Of a stretch of DNA of 64,000 nt, positions 29,143 to 41,616 are shown one piece after another. Position 1 is the stretch's first letter, and each line of letters opens with the position of its first letter. The stretch covers positions 97,712,001 to 97,776,000 of the forward strand of contig NC_043006.1 in assembly GCF_006345805.1 (NCBI RefSeq), in the 5' to 3' direction. The DNA is from Octopus sinensis. Lineage: Eukaryota. The position numbers and the translations under genes are program-made. The notes under the pieces are model-generated. The model saw only the letters and a program-made list of their open reading frames with translations. It was not told the origin of the DNA and did no database searches.

Positions 29143-29372
29143 AGGCGGCGAGTTGGCAGAAAGGTTAGTACGCCGGACGAAATGCGTAGTCGTGTTTCGT
29201 CTGCCGTTACGTTCTGTGTCCAAATTCCGACGAGGTCGACTTTGCCTTTCATCCTTTCGGGGTCGATAAGCTAAGTACCAGTTACGCACTGGGGTCGATA
29301 TAATCGACTTAATACCTATGTCTGTCCTAGTTTGTCCCCTCTGTGTTTAGCCCCTTGTGGGTAGTAAAGACA
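29143..29372 (+). mobile_element. SINE family A with 18-bp TSD
   Basis: TSD ATGATATACGCTCGTATA at 29112-29129 and 29376-29393. Confidence 0.92.
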
Positions 29373-29482
29373 TATATGATATACGCTCGTATACTGGAAT
29401 ATTCGTACTTTGTTACTAGCATCCGCCAACAGGATAACCATTATTTTTAAGAATCAGAGGCAGGAATAAACTAAGTGTTGCA

Positions 29483-29540
<58 letters not shown>

Positions 29541-29875
29541 CGCGCACACACACACAGAGCCTGATTCCAAATTCTGACGAAGTCATTTTCCGTTTACTAG
29601 GTTGTCAGATAAGACCCAATCAAGAGCAGTGGACTGGCTGAAATCAAAGAATTGCAGAATATATACCTTGTATTTCTTTTGATTCTTGGCGTTCAAATTT
29701 TGGTATGGTCTGTTTATGTTGCATACTTAATTTCTAGTCAGGTTAAACACCACTCAGATAGGTTCACCTATCACGGTTTATTATTTAATCTTACGCCGAT
29801 TCAGCCGTGGTATTGTTTTGCATTTATGATAAAATAAACATATACAAATTATAAAAATAAAAAAATATATACAGT

Positions 29876-29958
29876 ACAGTACTGTTTCTACTTCGCGGTT
29901 TTTCATCTATCGCGGAAGGTTTTATAATCTAGCACCCGCGATAGTCGAGGGATTACTG
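29876..29958 (-). mobile_element. pogo/Tigger-like terminal inverted repeat fragment
   Basis: Minus strand starts CAGTAATCCCTCGACTATCGCGGG, resembling pogo/Tigger-type TIRs. No partner end found. Confidence 0.45.
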
Positions 29959-29976
29959 TGTATATATATGTATGTA

Positions 29977-30071
<95 letters not shown>

Positions 30072-30141
30072 ATGTATGTATGTATATATATATATATATA
30101 TTTATATATATACACATATATGTATGTATGTATGTATATAT

Positions 30142-30700
30142 CCGTTGAAGATCCTTCGACGGATCCTTGGCATCTCCTGGAAGGACCGAGTACCAAACGG
30201 AGTCATCCTAGAACAGACTAATATGCCAAGCCTGCATGCCCTCCTCGTGCGGAGACGACTGCGCTGGCTCGGACACGTCTGCCGCATGCAGGACGGTCGC
30301 ATGCTTAAAGACATCCTGTACAGCGAACTCACCACGGGATCCCGACCCAAGGGACGTCCACAGCTACGATACAGGGATGTGTGCAAGCGCGACCTGAGGA
30401 CTGCCAACATCTGTGTGGACGCGTGGGAGGTAACAGCTGCTGACCGCTCTGCCTAGCGTCGGACAGTGAGGAAAGGCGTTTCCATGGCTGAGGAAAGGAG
30501 AGCACAGCTGTGGTCGGACAGGCGGGACAGGAGGAGGACAACTGCAGCAACACCCCACACGTACCCATCGATGTTCGTGTGCAGCAACTGTACCAGGGAC
30601 TGCCACTCTAGAATTGGACTGTTCAGTCACAGCAGACGCTGCTCATCATCAAAGTAGGCCCCACCCTTGGCGCGACCCATTGTCTATCAAGACAGACGGG
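30142..30700 (+). mobile_element. RTE-clade LINE 3' end, nearly intact frame
   Basis: [15 protein letters not shown]...[36 protein letters not shown], one premature stop at 30454-30456, then C-terminal finger CSNCTRDCHSRIGLFSHSRRC and stop at 30657, followed by a short 3' UTR. Confidence 0.93.
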
Positions 30701-30774
30701 AAAAAGAAAGAAAGAAAGAAATGTATATATGTATATATGTATGTATGTATATATGTATGTATTTATATATATGT

Positions 30775-31190
30775 AACAGCGATGCCCTTCGCTGCTCCAG
30801 ATGGGAAGGGTCTTCCTTTGATGCTAACATGCAATGTCTGTGCAAGACCCTGCCTCAGTAAAGCTGGACTCAAGAGTCATCTTTGTAATCATAAAGCGAG
30901 ACAGATGAGTGACAACCTGGCCACTGGTGGTGGTGTAACACACCATACTAATCATATCTGTCGGGCGTATGGAAGAGAGTGTAATTCGGCAAGAGGACTT
31001 AAACGACATGCAAAGGTACATGAAGCCCAGTTACAACTACAGCCGGCAATTGCAGGTAAAGGTTTTAGTTGCCAATTCTGAACAAGATATTGTAGATCTT
31101 TAGCTGGGCTAAAAAGTCACATTCGATCACAGCACCAGTAACAGTTAAGCTTCGTGCAATGGCCATACTCGATAACGATGGGGCAGCCAT
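30775..31190 (+). mobile_element. Second RTE-like 3' end with three tandem C2H2-type fingers (decayed)
   Basis: CNVCARPCLSKAGLKSHLCNH / CRAYGRECNSARGLKRHAKVH / CQF*TRYCRSLAGLKSHIRSQH, stop at 31141, and an RTE-like short 3' UTR (GGCCATACTCGATAACGATGGGCAGCC). Confidence 0.7.
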
Positions 31191-31221
31191 AATTTATATA
31201 TATATGTATACATATTTATAC

Positions 31222-31268
<47 letters not shown>

Positions 31269-31616
31269 GTGTGTATATATATGTATATATATATATACAC
31301 GTACACACCTACATGCCCACAAATACTAGAACATGCATCGTTACGTATGTTAAAACACCATACGTAAACTTTACATTCTATATTTTAAAGTAGAGTTTGT
31401 CTGCAGCTAAATTTAATAAATGTGATTCGAGGAAGATATGGCAGCTGTTTCTTGTAGTTCGAGAAAACATGTGAAGGAACCGTTGCTACTTTGTTTTATT
31501 ATTCATGCGTTTCTTGAATGCGTAAAGTATTTCGCGTAGGTGCGTGTGTATGAGTGCGCGTCTTTGCATATACAGGCGTATGTAACTTTGATTATGTGTG
31601 CCTGTGCGAAAATATT

Positions 31617-31617
<1 letters not shown>

Positions 31618-31699
<82 letters not shown>

Positions 31700-31704
31700 C
31701 CTAC

Positions 31705-31784
<80 letters not shown>

Positions 31785-31992
31785 TTGTATATCTATCTAT
31801 CTATCTAACTATCTATCTTCCTATCTATCTATCTAACTACCTATCTATATATCTATCTATCTATCCTTCCTTCTTTTTTTCACTCTCTCGTACGTGTGTC
31901 TATAGGTATTTTTCTATATACGTATCTCTCTCTCTATGTATCTATGTATATATATATATATAATATATATATATATATTATATATTATATAT

Positions 31993-32034
<42 letters not shown>

Positions 32035-32035
32035 T
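31618..32035. repeat. (TATC)n then (TA)n microsatellites
   Basis: Read directly. Confidence 0.95.
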
Positions 32036-32538
32036 AACAACTGAATTTCAAAATTTTGTGTTAACGGTTGGAATTGTGCGGATATTAGCTTTAGCAGGTG
32101 TATTCGCATTGATAATAGCAGAGTTTATTAATGTAGTAATACTTCAAGAGAATCATACCAATTATATCATTGAATCTTTTTCAAAAGTTATTACAACCCG
32201 CTACCTCCTACTTCGTACTTATTTCGATAGACAGATCTTCGTCGCAGCAAGGCACTTTATACACTTAAATTTCCATTACCTTCTCTAAAAGACTCGCTTA
32301 AACATCCATTACCTTCTCTATCGAAAAGGATACTGTTAAAAGAAAAATTAATTGCCCCCAGAAATGAAGCCTGGCTTCAGTAGCGATTGTTTTAAAAGCC
32401 GTCTTCGAATAATTTCAAAAGATTTATGTAGTCACCGTGGAAACACTCACGACCTTGTTATTCCTTTCAAAATAAAAGTATAATAGCTAATAATATTTTA
32501 TAGTTTTTAATGTAGCTGCACTTATGCATCTCAGTTCC

Positions 32539-32865
32539 ATGTGAGGGCGCGTGACTTAGTGGTTAGGGCATTCGGCTCATGATCGTAAGGTTGTGAGTTC
32601 GATTCCCGGCGACGCGTTGTGTCCTTGAGCAAGACACTTTATTTCACGTTGCTCCAATCCACTCAGCTGGCAAAAATGAGTTGTACTTGTATTTCAAAGG
32701 GTCAGCCTTGTCACTCTCTGTGTCACGCTGATTATCCCCGAGAACTACGTTAAGGGTACACGTGTCTGTGGAATGCTCAGCCATTTGCACGTTAATTTCA
32801 CGAGCAAGCTGTTCCGTTGATCGTATCAGCTGGGACCCTCGTCGTCGTAACCGGCGGAGTCTTTA
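32539..32865 (+). mobile_element. SINE family D (own head and core, family C tail) with TSD
   Basis: tRNA-like head (TGACTTAGTGG / GAGTTCGATTCC), TTGTGTCCTTGAGCAAGACACT core, 11-bp TSD ATCTCAGTTCC at 32528-32538 and 32866-32876. Confidence 0.92.
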
Positions 32866-33288
32866 ATCTCAGTTCCTTATGTTCTCGATTCCTCTCACTG
32901 TGCTGTTTCTTCTCTTTACTAAATTTTGCAGCCCTTCTCTCTCCTTTGTTATTTGCTCAAAACGCAGTTTTTTTAATCTTCAATACTGGACGATATTCTT
33001 TCGTTCTTTGACGAAGGCTTTCCATCGAATCATTAGATTTTTTTTTGTTCTTATCCTTTATAAATTTTATTCCATTCTTTGAAATACATTTTTTTCTTTA
33101 CTTACTTGATGCATTTCTTCATGACATAACTATTAAACTTTTCTTGTATTTTATTCATATCTTCATCCATTGTGAAGCTAAATGGTTTCCAGTTTCCGTT
33201 TTCATCTTTCTCTTCTTAAAGGTAATAGTCAGGAGAGACTGTTCCTACGATCATCGTAGACTAATTGGTTAAATATATGCAGTAGATG

Positions 33289-33493
33289 AAGGCAGCGAGC
33301 TGGCAGAATCGGTATTTCGTCTGCCGCTGCATTCTGAGTTCAAATTCCGCCGAGGTCGACTTTGCTTTTCATCCTTTCGGGGTCGATAAATAAAGTACTA
33401 GTTTCGCACTGGGGTCGATGTAATCGACTTAATACCTATGTCTGTCCTTGTTTGTCCCCTCTATGTTTAGCCCTTTGTGGGTAGTAAAGAAAT
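33289..33493 (+). mobile_element. SINE family A, internally deleted, with TSD
   Basis: 16-bp TSD ATATATGCAGTAGATG at 33273-33288 and 33494-33509; ~27-nt deletion in the head. Confidence 0.92.
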
Positions 33494-33567
33494 ATATATG
33501 CAGTAGATGTTTAGAATAAGCTGTTCTAAGAAAACTAATAATCAACAACCTAACTAAAAATGCTAAT

Positions 33568-33779
33568 GTCCGAGATTGTAGAATCGATAGCATGCCGGGG
33601 CAAAATTCTTAGCGGCATTTCGTCCGTCTTCACACTCTGAGTTCAAATTCAGCCGAGGTCGACTTTACCTTTCATCCTTTCGGGGTCAATAAACTAAACA
33701 CCAGTTGAGCACTGGGGTCGATGTTATCGATTTCCCGTCTCCCCAAATTGCTGAACTTGTGCCAAAATTTGAAACCAAT
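33568..33779 (+). mobile_element. SINE family A variant with alternative tail
   Basis: Family A head and core plus tail CCCCAAATTGCTGAACTTGTGCCAAAATTTGAAACC. Confidence 0.8.
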
Positions 33780-34715
33780 CATTAATATTGTCTATTTCAT
33801 TTCGGCAAATACGAATGATATTTCCAACTATATTTCTGCTTTTACATTTCAGAAGCTAAGAATGGATATTTTTGTTTAGATGTACAATACCGTAAATATA
33901 TAGTCGTGAACAATTAATATAGTTTAAAAATTAATCTGAGGTTAATTACGTCGAGTCACCATCTATACGAAATCATTAGTTAAACGAGTATTAACATGTT
34001 GAATATAATGAGTATAAATATTATAATTAGAAACTAACAGGAGCAGCAAGGGAGTTCGAGAGCAATGGATTTCCGGGAAGAAAATATTTAGGAGGTTATT
34101 GCAAGATCTGAGTAGGAAGGAGAAGCGAAATAGGAGACGAGAAAAGAGGCTTGTATATGACATTTGATAGAGTGAAGATGGGATGGAAGTTGCTAGATTT
34201 TAGCAGCAGAGGCCGTTGTTGTTACAATAGAAGTCCCAGAGTGAAGAGAGAGAGTAGGTGTGCCGGTCAGTGGAAGGAATGTGTTGATAAAGGATTTATT
34301 GCCAGACGATTCATGCTTCGTTCATCACTTTTATTCGTTTATGTTTTAGTTTCTCGATTGCAATCAGCCGGGTTGTTACCTTCCAGAAGGTATTAGAAGA
34401 TTAGATAGAATGAGCTACTTTCACAGATAATTATTTCACTGTTCTCGTTTGATATGTAAAGTTGTGAATACGTTTGAGATAAGGGAGATAATTAAGTGAT
34501 ACCTATATATCAGCATATTTCGGTCATAGTGGATTGGTTTTCACCCACGGTAACATAAACATACGTGCCTAGACATATGTACATACCACACGGACACTCC
34601 TGCAGTCTGCAAGGATATATTGTGGGAACAATTTTGTCATGTTTCATCTTGCATTGACTGAAAAATGCATTATATAGGAAGAATAATACACATATGAGGG
34701 AAAAAATCCACTAAA

Positions 34716-34876
34716 GTGGACGCTCTTACGCTAGAGAGAGATCCGCATGAGTCCCAACCACTAAGAATTGTTCTCAAGAAAAAATTTAGCACAATATGAA
34801 CGTAAGCGAGCAGGACGAGAACAATTCTTAGTGGTTGAGACTCATGCGGATCTCTCTTTAGCGTAAGAGCGTCCAC
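34716..34876. repeat. 60-bp inverted repeat (58/60 matches) with 41-nt spacer
   Basis: Arms 34716-34775 and 34817-34876 compared base by base. Confidence 0.95.
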
Positions 34877-35096
34877 ATTTGTTTGAACAAATTATATTTT
34901 CCCAACCAAAATTGCTTGAATATACGTTTATAACCGAGTATGAATCCAACAAACGGCGATATCCAACTCACAAAGTATACTCTGGCCACAGCAAATGAGA
35001 GAAGCGATGGTTCCACCCTTTCCCCTAGTATTTCAGCCGTGTTCATTCTGAAATGATATCAGTATATATATATATATATAAATGATATCAGTATAT

Positions 35097-35424
35097 AGGC
35101 GCAGGAGTGGCTGTGTGGTAAGTAGCTTGCTAACCAACCACATAGTTCTGGGTTCATCTTGGGCAAGTGTCTTCTGCTATAGCCCCAGGCCGACCAATGC
35201 CTTGTGAGTGGATTTGGTTGACAGAAACTGAAAGAAGCCTGTCGTATATATGTATATATATGTATATATGTGTATGTGTGTGTTTGTCCCCCTAGCATTG
35301 CTTGGCAACCGATGCTGGTGTGTTTACGTCCCCGACACTTAGCAGTTCGGCAAAAGAGACCGATAGAATAAGTACTGGGCTTACAAAGAATAAACAAGTA
35401 AAAGAGTAAAAAGAGTAAAAGAGT
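35097..35424 (+). mobile_element. SINE family B, internally deleted
   Basis: Family B head and core with two internal deletions; AAAAGAGT tail. Confidence 0.9.
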
Positions 35425-36005
35425 ATCAGCCTCTCTATATTTACAGGTTAGAAAAAACCTTGTGAACCTTGTCGCCCTCCAGTCATATATTATATCACAT
35501 TTCCACAGTTCCCTTCAGACCAATCGCAGACTAATGAATAAAGCAATACGACAGAGTTTCTCAAAGTGATTGAAACCACCCACTGGGTATGGTGAACAAA
35601 TTTATAATGGTTATTGGCACAAAGAGTGCAATAGAAAGTGACGGAAGCATCTGAAAACTTTTTGTAGTCATTAGTTGGTATTTAAATATTAATTTAGACA
35701 AAATAAATGTAACTGTTAGGGAAATTCAAAATATCAATAATAATAGCGTCAACATCAACAAAAATTATCGGCTTTGAAATGTGTTTAAGTAAGCATTGGC
35801 TTAGTGTTGAGGGGCGGTGTGGTGTGTAGTCACCCTTGTGAAGTTAGTGCACAGAATTAAATTGCTCTGGCCTGATATTACCTGTATGTGGATTGAAAAT
35901 GAGGCTGAAACATAGCAAGAGGGCGTTGAAAAAAATTTATTAAAAGAAAAGACAGGTATACATAGAGACACGTACACACACGCACGTATATATAAATATA
36001 AGTAT

Positions 36006-36149
<144 letters not shown>

Positions 36150-37282
36150 GGGAGAATTCATGAAAAAAAGCAAAGGACGAAGATAGGTGGTGTAGTAAAA
36201 AAACAGATGTATTAGTATAACGCTCGGGAATTGAAAAAGTCTTTTACGTTTCGAGCCTACGCTCTTTCACAGAAAGGAACACAGAAAGAAACAAGGAGAG
36301 AGAAAAAATGTGTGTAGTGGCTACCGAATTATATATATATATAACCATTATAGTTACCCATTGCCCCGAATCTGCAAATCCTCATCAAGCACAACTCTTT
36401 TGTTACAATATTTATTCACAAACTGATTAGCTAAATTTTTGCAAGCCAATGTGGCTATTGGACCCGCTAGAAGCAGCATCGTAATCACCCTCTAATCACA
36501 GAGTACACTCTGTTGCATACTAGATAATATATTTGTACATTATACCTGCAAGAAAAGACTGGGTGATCACAGATGGAACACCTTCCGTCATACGTTTGCC
36601 TAATTACAGCTTAGATGGGACCTAACATCATCATCAGCAGCAGCAATGTTATGGAAATATATATTTCTCCTTGATACTCTAGTTGCAACAGAAATTCTAA
36701 AAGTTTAGGAAATGGAGACAATGCGATCATGTCTAGAGTCTTACATATACTTATATATCATTGACCTCGTCAGAATAGATCTCTGTGGGATTTTAAATCA
36801 ATATAATGAATAAATGTCTAAATGTGTGAGATGAGTTATTGTTAATACGATTATAATTTTTCGGACTATTAACCTCATCTTCAGAGATGAAATGTTTTTC
36901 TTCATATTCATATCTATACAAGATAATGAAGTATTGACATAGACAGGGTTATAAATAACGGCCAGCTTTCTACTATATCATCCATTTCAGGCATGGCTAT
37001 GTGGTTATGGACTTTGCTTCATCAGAACAAGGTTTCAAGTTTGATTCCTCTGCGTGGCACAAATGTCAAGCGTCTTTTAGCTAAGCACGGATCGCCTAAA
37101 GCTGTGAGTAAAATTGGTTTGGTGAGATCTGTATCGAAGCTCGTTAGAGAATGTTGGCATAATCCGTCAGTAACTTTAGCTCTGTTACTTAGTCCCTTTT
37201 ATCCATTTTCTAGAGTCGAACTTCTTGATGGCAAGAGTAACGTCCTCCATTACTCCCACCAGAGAAGTAATGAAAATACGCT

Positions 37283-37468
37283 TGGACGCTACACTTCCTC
37301 TTCTGACGAAGTAAATAAAGCCACTATAAAGATGAAACATTCTTTATTATGAACAGCAACGCAAATACTAGCTTCTGGACGCTACACTTCCTCTTCTGAT
37401 GAAGTAAATAAAGCCACTATAAAGATGAAACATTCTTTATTATGAACAGCAACGCAAATACTAGCTTC
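37283..37468. repeat. 93-bp tandem duplication (2 copies, 1 mismatch)
   Basis: Units 37283-37375 and 37376-37468. Confidence 0.95.
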
Positions 37469-38112
37469 CTATTGTACTATTGTATTTGCAGATTTGGTCG
37501 CGTGGTAAAGATACTCGCGTCGCAACTATTGGTTTTATAGGTTCGATACTACAATGCAACACATTCAACGAGTATTTTCTGCAATGTCTTAGGATCAACG
37601 CAAGCCTTGTGTCGGAAATTGAGTATAAAGAAAATGGTTAGAAGCCTGTTCAATAGACTGTATCTGCTCTTTGGAATCATCCATAACATCTCCAATTTAA
37701 AACAATCTAGTCCTTGTGTTCCTTTAGTTAAGTCCACTTTGTTGCAAGCCCTAAAAATAAATCCACGCGACGTTACGTTTCTAACATTCCTCTCACTTGT
37801 TTGAAGGTCCCTAAAAAGACGTCGCTTTTTTTACTTCTAAATGTACAATGCAGTAAGTTCTTCAACGAATAGTAATTAATCTATGTGCATAAAGACCACA
37901 CCCATCTGATTTATGCTAGATAAAATTCATGGCAATCTATTAGAGAAAGAAGGACCCAATAACTTGCATTATTTTATTCTTTTACATGTTTCAGTCGTTT
38001 GACTGCAGCCATGTTGGAGCACCGCCTTGATGAAAACTGCTGAGAACGGTTCGTTGAAAATTTGTAACCAGCGACGTTTAAATAAGAACGTTAAAAACTT
38101 ACGGTATGCAAA

Positions 38113-38514
38113 TCTTTATATATAAAAGTAAGGTTGTGTGCTGTCTGTCTCCTACGATTTAGATTCCTAACTACTCCCACATTTTGTGGTGCGGTTTAAC
38201 CAAAACCGGGTATCTTATAGTCGTGATTCATATCAAGCCCTTCTGGGTATTAGCGCGCGTCTACGATGAGTCTACGATTAAAAAAAAATTTACCATCAAT
38301 TTTTCCAATTTTTAATGCATTTTTGGCATATATAAGGGAAGTAACTCTCTAAAAATTTATTATTAAATCTCAGAATGTAAAAAGCTACAGTAACACCCCC
38401 CCCCCCCACTTTGTGGTTAGCCATATTGAGATGGCTATTATACTTTACATCTCTAAAAATGCTTATATAGTTATTTTCCTTACAAACCCGAGCAACGCCC
38501 GGCGATACTGCTAG
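38113..38514 (+). mobile_element. Non-autonomous Helitron, family 1, canonical ends
   Basis: A|TCTTTATATATAAAAG ... CCCGAGCAACGCCCGGCGATACTGCTAG|T: 5' TC, subterminal hairpin, 3' CTAG, inserted between A and T with no TSD. Confidence 0.88.
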
Positions 38515-39809
38515 TTAGAAATAAATTTGTCAGTAGCTTCCAGAATTGTTGAGTATTTAAACAGACGGTTTATATACGCAGTAAAGATGATCCAATATCA
38601 TTTTAAAGAAAGCATCTTGAAAGAATGTACAACATTGACACCAATGGTTAATGCCATTGTAAGTCTAAAACATTAGGTATGATTAATTTATTTTATATTT
38701 TTCATTTTATATAATCAGACAACAGTGTCACCTATTGCTTTAAATACTGTCTTTGCATTCGTTAGGCCATGAAACCCACCAAATAAAAACAAGAGTGATA
38801 CAACGATAATAACAATGTTTTGGGCAATTACAATTTCTTCATTGACAATGTTGACGACAACGATCACCAAGATGACTTGAAGACATCGACTAAATGATAC
38901 AGAATTGATATATTCCTATATTATTATATAAAATTTCGTAAAAGCCTAATTGCCTCTCGGCATCTTTAATTCTATTCGTACCTACTTACAAATTAATCTC
39001 CGACAAACTATACATTATCATTCAATACAGCAGCCATACAAAATTATCCAGAATAAAATACGCGCATTTAGATTCACTAGACTTCAAAATGGCCTCCGTA
39101 TTAGTTGATTACTTATATTCCTAGTTTACGCTGACAGTCTAAAACACCATAAGCTTTTATAATTCCACGCGCATACAACTGAAAAATAAAATTTGGAAAC
39201 TAGATTCGTATGTTGCTTGTGGTAAAAGAAATTATCTAACTTAGTAGACAAGAATCAATGCTCTCATGTGCTTATCCGTCATCATTTATTTTCTCTGGTT
39301 GTTGCTGGCAATATTATCTTCACTAAATTTATTCGAGCTCATAAATTTATTGGGCAGAAAAATCTGATCTCAAAACACAATTATCTAGTAGATCACATTT
39401 CAAAGAAGTTGAGAATATAATCTTATTGATATCACCTCATTTTTACAATAATGATATTAAATCATACACGTTGAGCATGTAAAACACCGGTTATTGTGAA
39501 AGTTTAGAAAGTAATGCGCTAATAGACAAAAACACTCACACACATGCTCTCACACAAAATGCGTACACAAGACACATAAACATACACAGACACACATACA
39601 CATACGAACACACATGTGCGGACATAGAAAGAGAGACAGAGGATAAATCTAATAGGGAACCTTCTACGATAACAGACAGCACTAAATGTCGGTGAGCATA
39701 TTGATTGATTTATTGGAAATTTAAAGTTTTACAGACACATTACTTTAAGTTTCTTGCTAACATGAATTGTCAGAAGACTAATCTTGGAAATGTTGGTGGT
39801 CGATATATA

Positions 39810-40043
39810 TACATATATATATATATAAATGCACATACACGCACACACACAAACACACATACACACACACACACACACCACACACACACACACAAACACA
39901 TATATTTATATGAATATATATATATTTATATCGATATCGATGTCTATATATTTATAACTATATGTATGTACCTATCTATCTATCAATACATACTTACATA
40001 CATATATATATTTATATACTTACATCCCTACACACACACACAC

Positions 40044-40093
<50 letters not shown>

Positions 40094-40145
40094 GTATGTA
40101 TATTTACACACACACATACACATACATATATATATATATATATAT
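39810..40145. repeat. Compound CA/TA microsatellite region
   Basis: Read directly. Confidence 0.85.
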
Positions 40146-40637
40146 ACCAACACGCAGACATATACACACATCTATGCTTAGATACCTCTATCTATATACC
40201 AAATTTAATTGTATATGCTCGTACATACGTACATACGCACTTATATATGTTTTTTTGTGTGAGTCAGTATGTGTGAATATAGATCGGTGTTGTAAAGAGA
40301 ATAAGCCCCTGGTGAGACATATCTTCATTTATATGTGCGCCGACCTATATTTCTCAGCCGTTGTAAATAATTCTTGTTTTACTGCAAATAATGTTTACAG
40401 GTTGATCATCATTCCTGCAGATCGCGCAATCCTGAAAAGAACTTCATTTATATAACTTATATGTTATTCTTATCATTCTGCAGTTAGATTTCGTTGACAA
40501 TATCTGTTCATAGGACTGGCAAGACTTGCTAAGCATTCTCCATACCGGTCGTTTTTTCGCTTGGCTTTACTATAATCTATCTATATACGTACACATATGA
40601 CAAAGAAACAAACACATAAATATGCTTGCATTCATGC

Positions 40638-41616
40638 ATCTTAAAATCGCCATCACTTTTCTAAAATAAAATAAGAACTTCAATAATTGCTGCTAGGAAT
40701 TTTTCTTCTTTCTCCAATTAACGCGAAAATATCAAATCATTAAAATTTTATTTACGTTTCTCAGGACTTCATTCCCCTAAATGAATTATTAGCTCAGTTA
40801 AATCCTTTTCTAGATTCACTTTCTATACACATTCATGCATGTTGATCTACGGTATTTTCCTTATCTAAATGAGAGAACGTTTTATTAAGTTCATAGCGAT
40901 AGTTGTCTCAGTCTTTAGTTCATTGCTTTGCAGGGAAGCACTAGAAGTAAACACAGAGACGCTGACAAAATAGGCAAAGAAAAAGGGAGCAACTACACTG
41001 AGAAAGCTAAACAGAAACTTATTACTTCTAGTTTTATTGAGAAAATTGAATGGTAACCCAAGTTTTTCTAACTGTATGAACATTTAAAATATCCCAGAAA
41101 TTTAGTTTGCAGCTTGTACATATATATAGATATAAACATGCTAACATATATATACCTACCTTTTGTTATTATAGGCACTGGTATTACTGAATAGCAAACA
41201 CATCTCAATGAAATGCAGTTTGATACTTGGTTGAAAACATGTACATAATGGCAATTATTAGCAGGTTTCCGAGAAAAAGTGACAGATTTTCAATAACTTA
41301 AGTTTTAATTTTACATAAAAATGAATTTTCGTATTGAGAGGAAATGAATAAAATTTGTTAACGGACAATGTGACAATTGAGCACGTCAACAAAGTATGAT
41401 TTGTGTATAGACCAGTATGATTTGTGTATACAAAGTGAATCTAAAAAAGGATTTAAGTGAGCTAATAATTCATTTAGGGGAATGAAGTCTCTAGAAACGT
41501 AAATAAAATGTTAAGGATTTGGTATTTTCGCGTTAGTTGGAGAAAGAAGAAAAATTCCTAGCAGCAATTATTGGAGTTCTTATTTTATTTTAGAAAAGTG
41601 ACGGCGATTTTAAGAT
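40638..41616. repeat. 194-bp inverted repeat (~94% identity) with ~590-bp spacer
   Basis: Arms 40638-40831 and 41423-41616; 12 mismatches and no indels by manual comparison. Confidence 0.93.

Noticed and set aside
30102-30630. Minus-strand ORFs of 79-102 aa
   Set aside because: Antisense shadows of the GC-rich RTE fragment.
37283-37468. CTGACGA/CTGATGA plus GAAAC in the 93-bp tandem as a tandem hammerhead
   Set aside because: No stem II or stem III pairing can be drawn.
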